DNA of 45,859 nucleotides. It comes from Parachlamydiales bacterium (GTDB taxonomy: Bacteria; Chlamydiota; Chlamydiia; Chlamydiales; SM23-39). Position numbers and translations under genes: made by a program. The notes beneath the pieces are model-generated. The model was not told the origin of the DNA and searched no databases. It saw only the letters and a program-made list of their open reading frames with translations. The stretch covers positions 1 through 45,859 of the forward strand of contig JAFGQY010000010.1 in the NCBI GenBank assembly GCA_016935395.1, written 5' to 3'. Each line of letters opens with the position of its first letter. Within the stretch, counting starts at the first letter, position 1. Shown in pieces: positions 43,589-45,859 of the stretch.

Positions 43589-44422
43589 ATGTATAAGATA
43601 ATAAAAATAAAATACAAGCCGCTAAACTTTTTTTTGATGGCTTATATATTTACCTGGATACCACTATTTTTACTCGCATATTTAAGCTATCAAAATCAAA
43701 ATGCAAGAATGCATTATATCATATTAATGACTTTAGGATCATTAGGTCCATTTTTTTCAGCTCAAATCATGTTTGGAATTTCAGACAATCGATTGCGAAA
43801 AGATTTTTTTCAAAGAATTTTTCAGCTAAAAAGAATTAATGTAAAATTTCTTCCCTTTGTTTTTTTTATTATGCCTTTATCAATTGTTTTAGCAATACTT
43901 ATATCCACTTTTTTTAATGAGCCAATAGAGCAGTTAGAATTAACAAATTCATTTTCAATTATAAAAAGCCAGGTTGTCTTAAGCTTGTTAATAGCCGCTT
44001 TAGTTCCAATATTTGAAGAGATGGGCTGGAGAGGATACGGAGTTGATAGTTTACGTAGCAAATTCAATGTTTTAAAAACTTCTATTTTTTTTGGTATTTT
44101 ATGGGCTTTTTGGCATTTTCCTGCATTTTTTATCAAAGGCTATTATCACCATTCTTTATGGGAACAAAATCCTATTTATGCAATTAATTTTTTTGTAAGC
44201 GTGCTGCCTCTTGCACTTATCATGAACTGGGTTTATTTCAAAAATAATAGAAGCATAATTTTATTAATGGTTTTTCATATAATAGTTGTTTTTTCTGAGC
44301 AAACACTTAGCTCTACTCAATTTACAAAAATAATACAGACAATATTATTATTTATAATTGCTGGTATTATAATTTTGAGGGATAAAGATTTTTTTTACAG
44401 GAATGATAAAAAAATAGAGTAA
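43589..44422 (+). CDS. CPBP-family intramembrane glutamic endopeptidase (CAAX protease / bacteriocin-immunity-type)
   Basis: 277 aa and multi-spanning. Motif 1 is PIFEEMGWRGYG, motif 2 is FGILWAFWHFP, and a later His lies in MVFHII. Confidence 0.8.
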   Translation: MYKIIKIKYKPLNFFLMAYIFTWIPLFLLAYLSYQNQNARMHYIILMTLGSLGPFFSAQIMFGISDNRLRKDFFQRIFQLKRINVKFLPFVFFIMPLSIVLAILISTFFNEPIEQLELTNSFSIIKSQVVLSLLIAALVPIFEEMGWRGYGVDSLRSKFNVLKTSIFFGILWAFWHFPAFFIKGYYHHSLWEQNPIYAINFFVSVLPLALIMNWVYFKNNRSIILLMVFHIIVVFSEQTLSSTQFTKIIQTILLFIIAGIIILRDKDFFYRNDKKIE

Positions 44423-44434
44423 AATATTGTCCTT

Positions 44435-45715
44435 TTAATTCTTGTTAATGAAATGGATTTCATGTTGGGATCTGCAAAAGGTTTCTTTTATCCCAAAAGT
44501 AGCTATCAAAAATGAGATTAAATATAGAAGAGGTATTATCGAAAGTCCTTTAGTAAAATCTTTAGTTGCATAAGAAAGTATCCCGGTATGTTTTTCTGTG
44601 TGTATTATAGCTCCTATAAAAGTTGGAATAATGGCTGCAAAAAGCATTTGAAAAGTGTTATTTAGTCCCATAATAGTAGTTCTAAGTTTTGATGATACAT
44701 TCTCTACTATAGTTGCATAAGATAAAATTTGACCGGAGCTAGCTATGCCAATTCCCAGAAAACATAAAATTAAGATCAATTTATTTTCAATAGGGAAAAA
44801 AATTAAAAATGATGAAAAGACAATACCGATGAAAGATGTAAAAATTAAGCAGGGCAATCTTCTTTTACTGGAATCGGATATTTTACCAATTATAGGAGAT
44901 CCTACAGATAGCCCTATCCAGATCATGGAAATAATAAAAGCTGATGTTTGTTTATCGAAATTTTTACTTTGAAGGTATAAAGTTCCCCAAAAGGTTCCGA
45001 AAACGGCCATAGGTGCATAAATGATTGCTGTGTAAAGTACTATCCATAAAATTTGAATATTTTTAAAAAGGGAAAAGACATTGCTTTTTATTTTTTTAGG
45101 TATTTCTAAAAATATTAACTCTTCCTTGGCTTTTGGTTTGTTTTTAATAAAAAGTAAATAAATTAAAGCTAATAATAGTCCAACAACTCCAAGCCATAAG
45201 AAAATTAATCTCCAGTTGTTATTTACTTCTTTCATAAGTAATGCTAAAGGAGCTCCAGCAAGAAGAGGTCCTATTGCACCTAAAAATTGAGAAAGCCCTG
45301 AAAAAAAACCAAAATGTTTTTTAGGAAACCAGTTTAAAGCTAAAACCAATAAACATAAAAAAGCAAAAGAAGAACCAAATCCCATTAAAAATCTTGCGAT
45401 AATAGCTGAAAAAAGTTCATTTGAAATCCCAAACCAAAAAACACCTATTGATGAAAAAATACAAGCAACGATAAGTAGTTTTCTAACACCAAATTTATTT
45501 ATCAAAATTCCGACAGGTATCTGCATGAAAGCATAAGAAATAAAATATGCAGATCCTACTAAAGCAAACTGCTCAGCATTTATTTTCAGATCTAACATAA
45601 TATTGTCAGCAATAGTATTTGTGTAAACTCTCAAAAAGCATTCATAAAAATAAAATAAGATACCTAAAAACCATATGAAAAGGCCAAGAATGGAAATTGT
45701 TTTTGTTTTGTTCAT
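44435..45715 (-). CDS. MFS transporter
   Basis: 426 aa with about 12 hydrophobic segments. The loop motif is INKFGVRKLL and there is a central loop around KPKAKEE. Confidence 0.7.
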   Translation of the reverse strand: MNKTKTISILGLFIWFLGILFYFYECFLRVYTNTIADNIMLDLKINAEQFALVGSAYFISYAFMQIPVGILINKFGVRKLLIVACIFSSIGVFWFGISNELFSAIIARFLMGFGSSFAFLCLLVLALNWFPKKHFGFFSGLSQFLGAIGPLLAGAPLALLMKEVNNNWRLIFLWLGVVGLLLALIYLLFIKNKPKAKEELIFLEIPKKIKSNVFSLFKNIQILWIVLYTAIIYAPMAVFGTFWGTLYLQSKNFDKQTSAFIISMIWIGLSVGSPIIGKISDSSKRRLPCLIFTSFIGIVFSSFLIFFPIENKLILILCFLGIGIASSGQILSYATIVENVSSKLRTTIMGLNNTFQMLFAAIIPTFIGAIIHTEKHTGILSYATKDFTKGLSIIPLLYLISFLIATFGIKETFCRSQHEIHFINKN

Positions 45716-45859
45716 TATTTTAATCTACCATTAGAATTACATTTACTTTACCAGTTTACATTTTTTTTAAAAAAATATTTTTTATTAAATATTATTTAAA
45801 ACGATACAAGGATGGTTTTAGATTGATGAAGTAATTGAATTAAGTAATTTAAAAAAAAT

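Noticed and set aside
1-45859. CRISPR arrays, rRNA genes and intact IS elements or transposases.
   Set aside because: I saw no regularly spaced direct repeats, no rRNA-like conserved blocks, and no DDE or tyrosine-integrase ORF. Only the serine-recombinase tail and an HTH fragment are present.

Overview
This is a very AT-rich bacterial window that is densely coded and contains no rRNA genes, no CRISPR array and no intact IS element. All family calls rest on motifs read by eye from the translations; no database search was possible.

The left half (about 1-22.6 kb) looks like core genome of a member of the Chlamydiae. Supporting observations:
- a tandem-fused double UvrA of 1903 aa lies divergent to pyruvate kinase;
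- a cdaA(dacA)-ybbR/cdaR operon is linked to an lpxL/htrB-like acyltransferase;
- nusB-murB, folC and infC-rpmI-rplT-pheS are present;
- there is an Inc-like protein with a bilobed hydrophobic domain and an ankyrin-like repeat protein.

Two tRNA genes are present: tRNA-Val(GAC) and tRNA-Ser(UGA).

Everything downstream of tRNA-Ser (about 22.6-45.9 kb) looks accessory. It begins with a roughly 10 kb tRNA-linked island. The island carries the C-terminal remnant of a large serine recombinase, short inverted repeats, and a degenerate tRNA 3'-end copy at its far edge. Inside it is a compact 7-gene cluster of small-molecule enzymes:
- a PaaK/LuxE-like adenylating enzyme;
- an ALDH/LuxC-like enzyme;
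- a COG1237-type MBL-fold enzyme;
- two SAM methyltransferases;
- an SHMT-like PLP enzyme;
- an ATP-grasp ligase.

This cluster is my top candidate for an undescribed biosynthetic system.

Beyond the island lie a DUF4143-type AAA ATPase and an AbiEi/AbiEii module whose toxin is truncated and which has a palindromic operator candidate. These are followed by a frameshifted LysE-family gene and GNAT, NUDIX, class II Fic and OYE-family flavoenzyme genes. The region also holds a Pif1-like helicase with a WYL-like tail, a CPBP protease and three MFS transporters.
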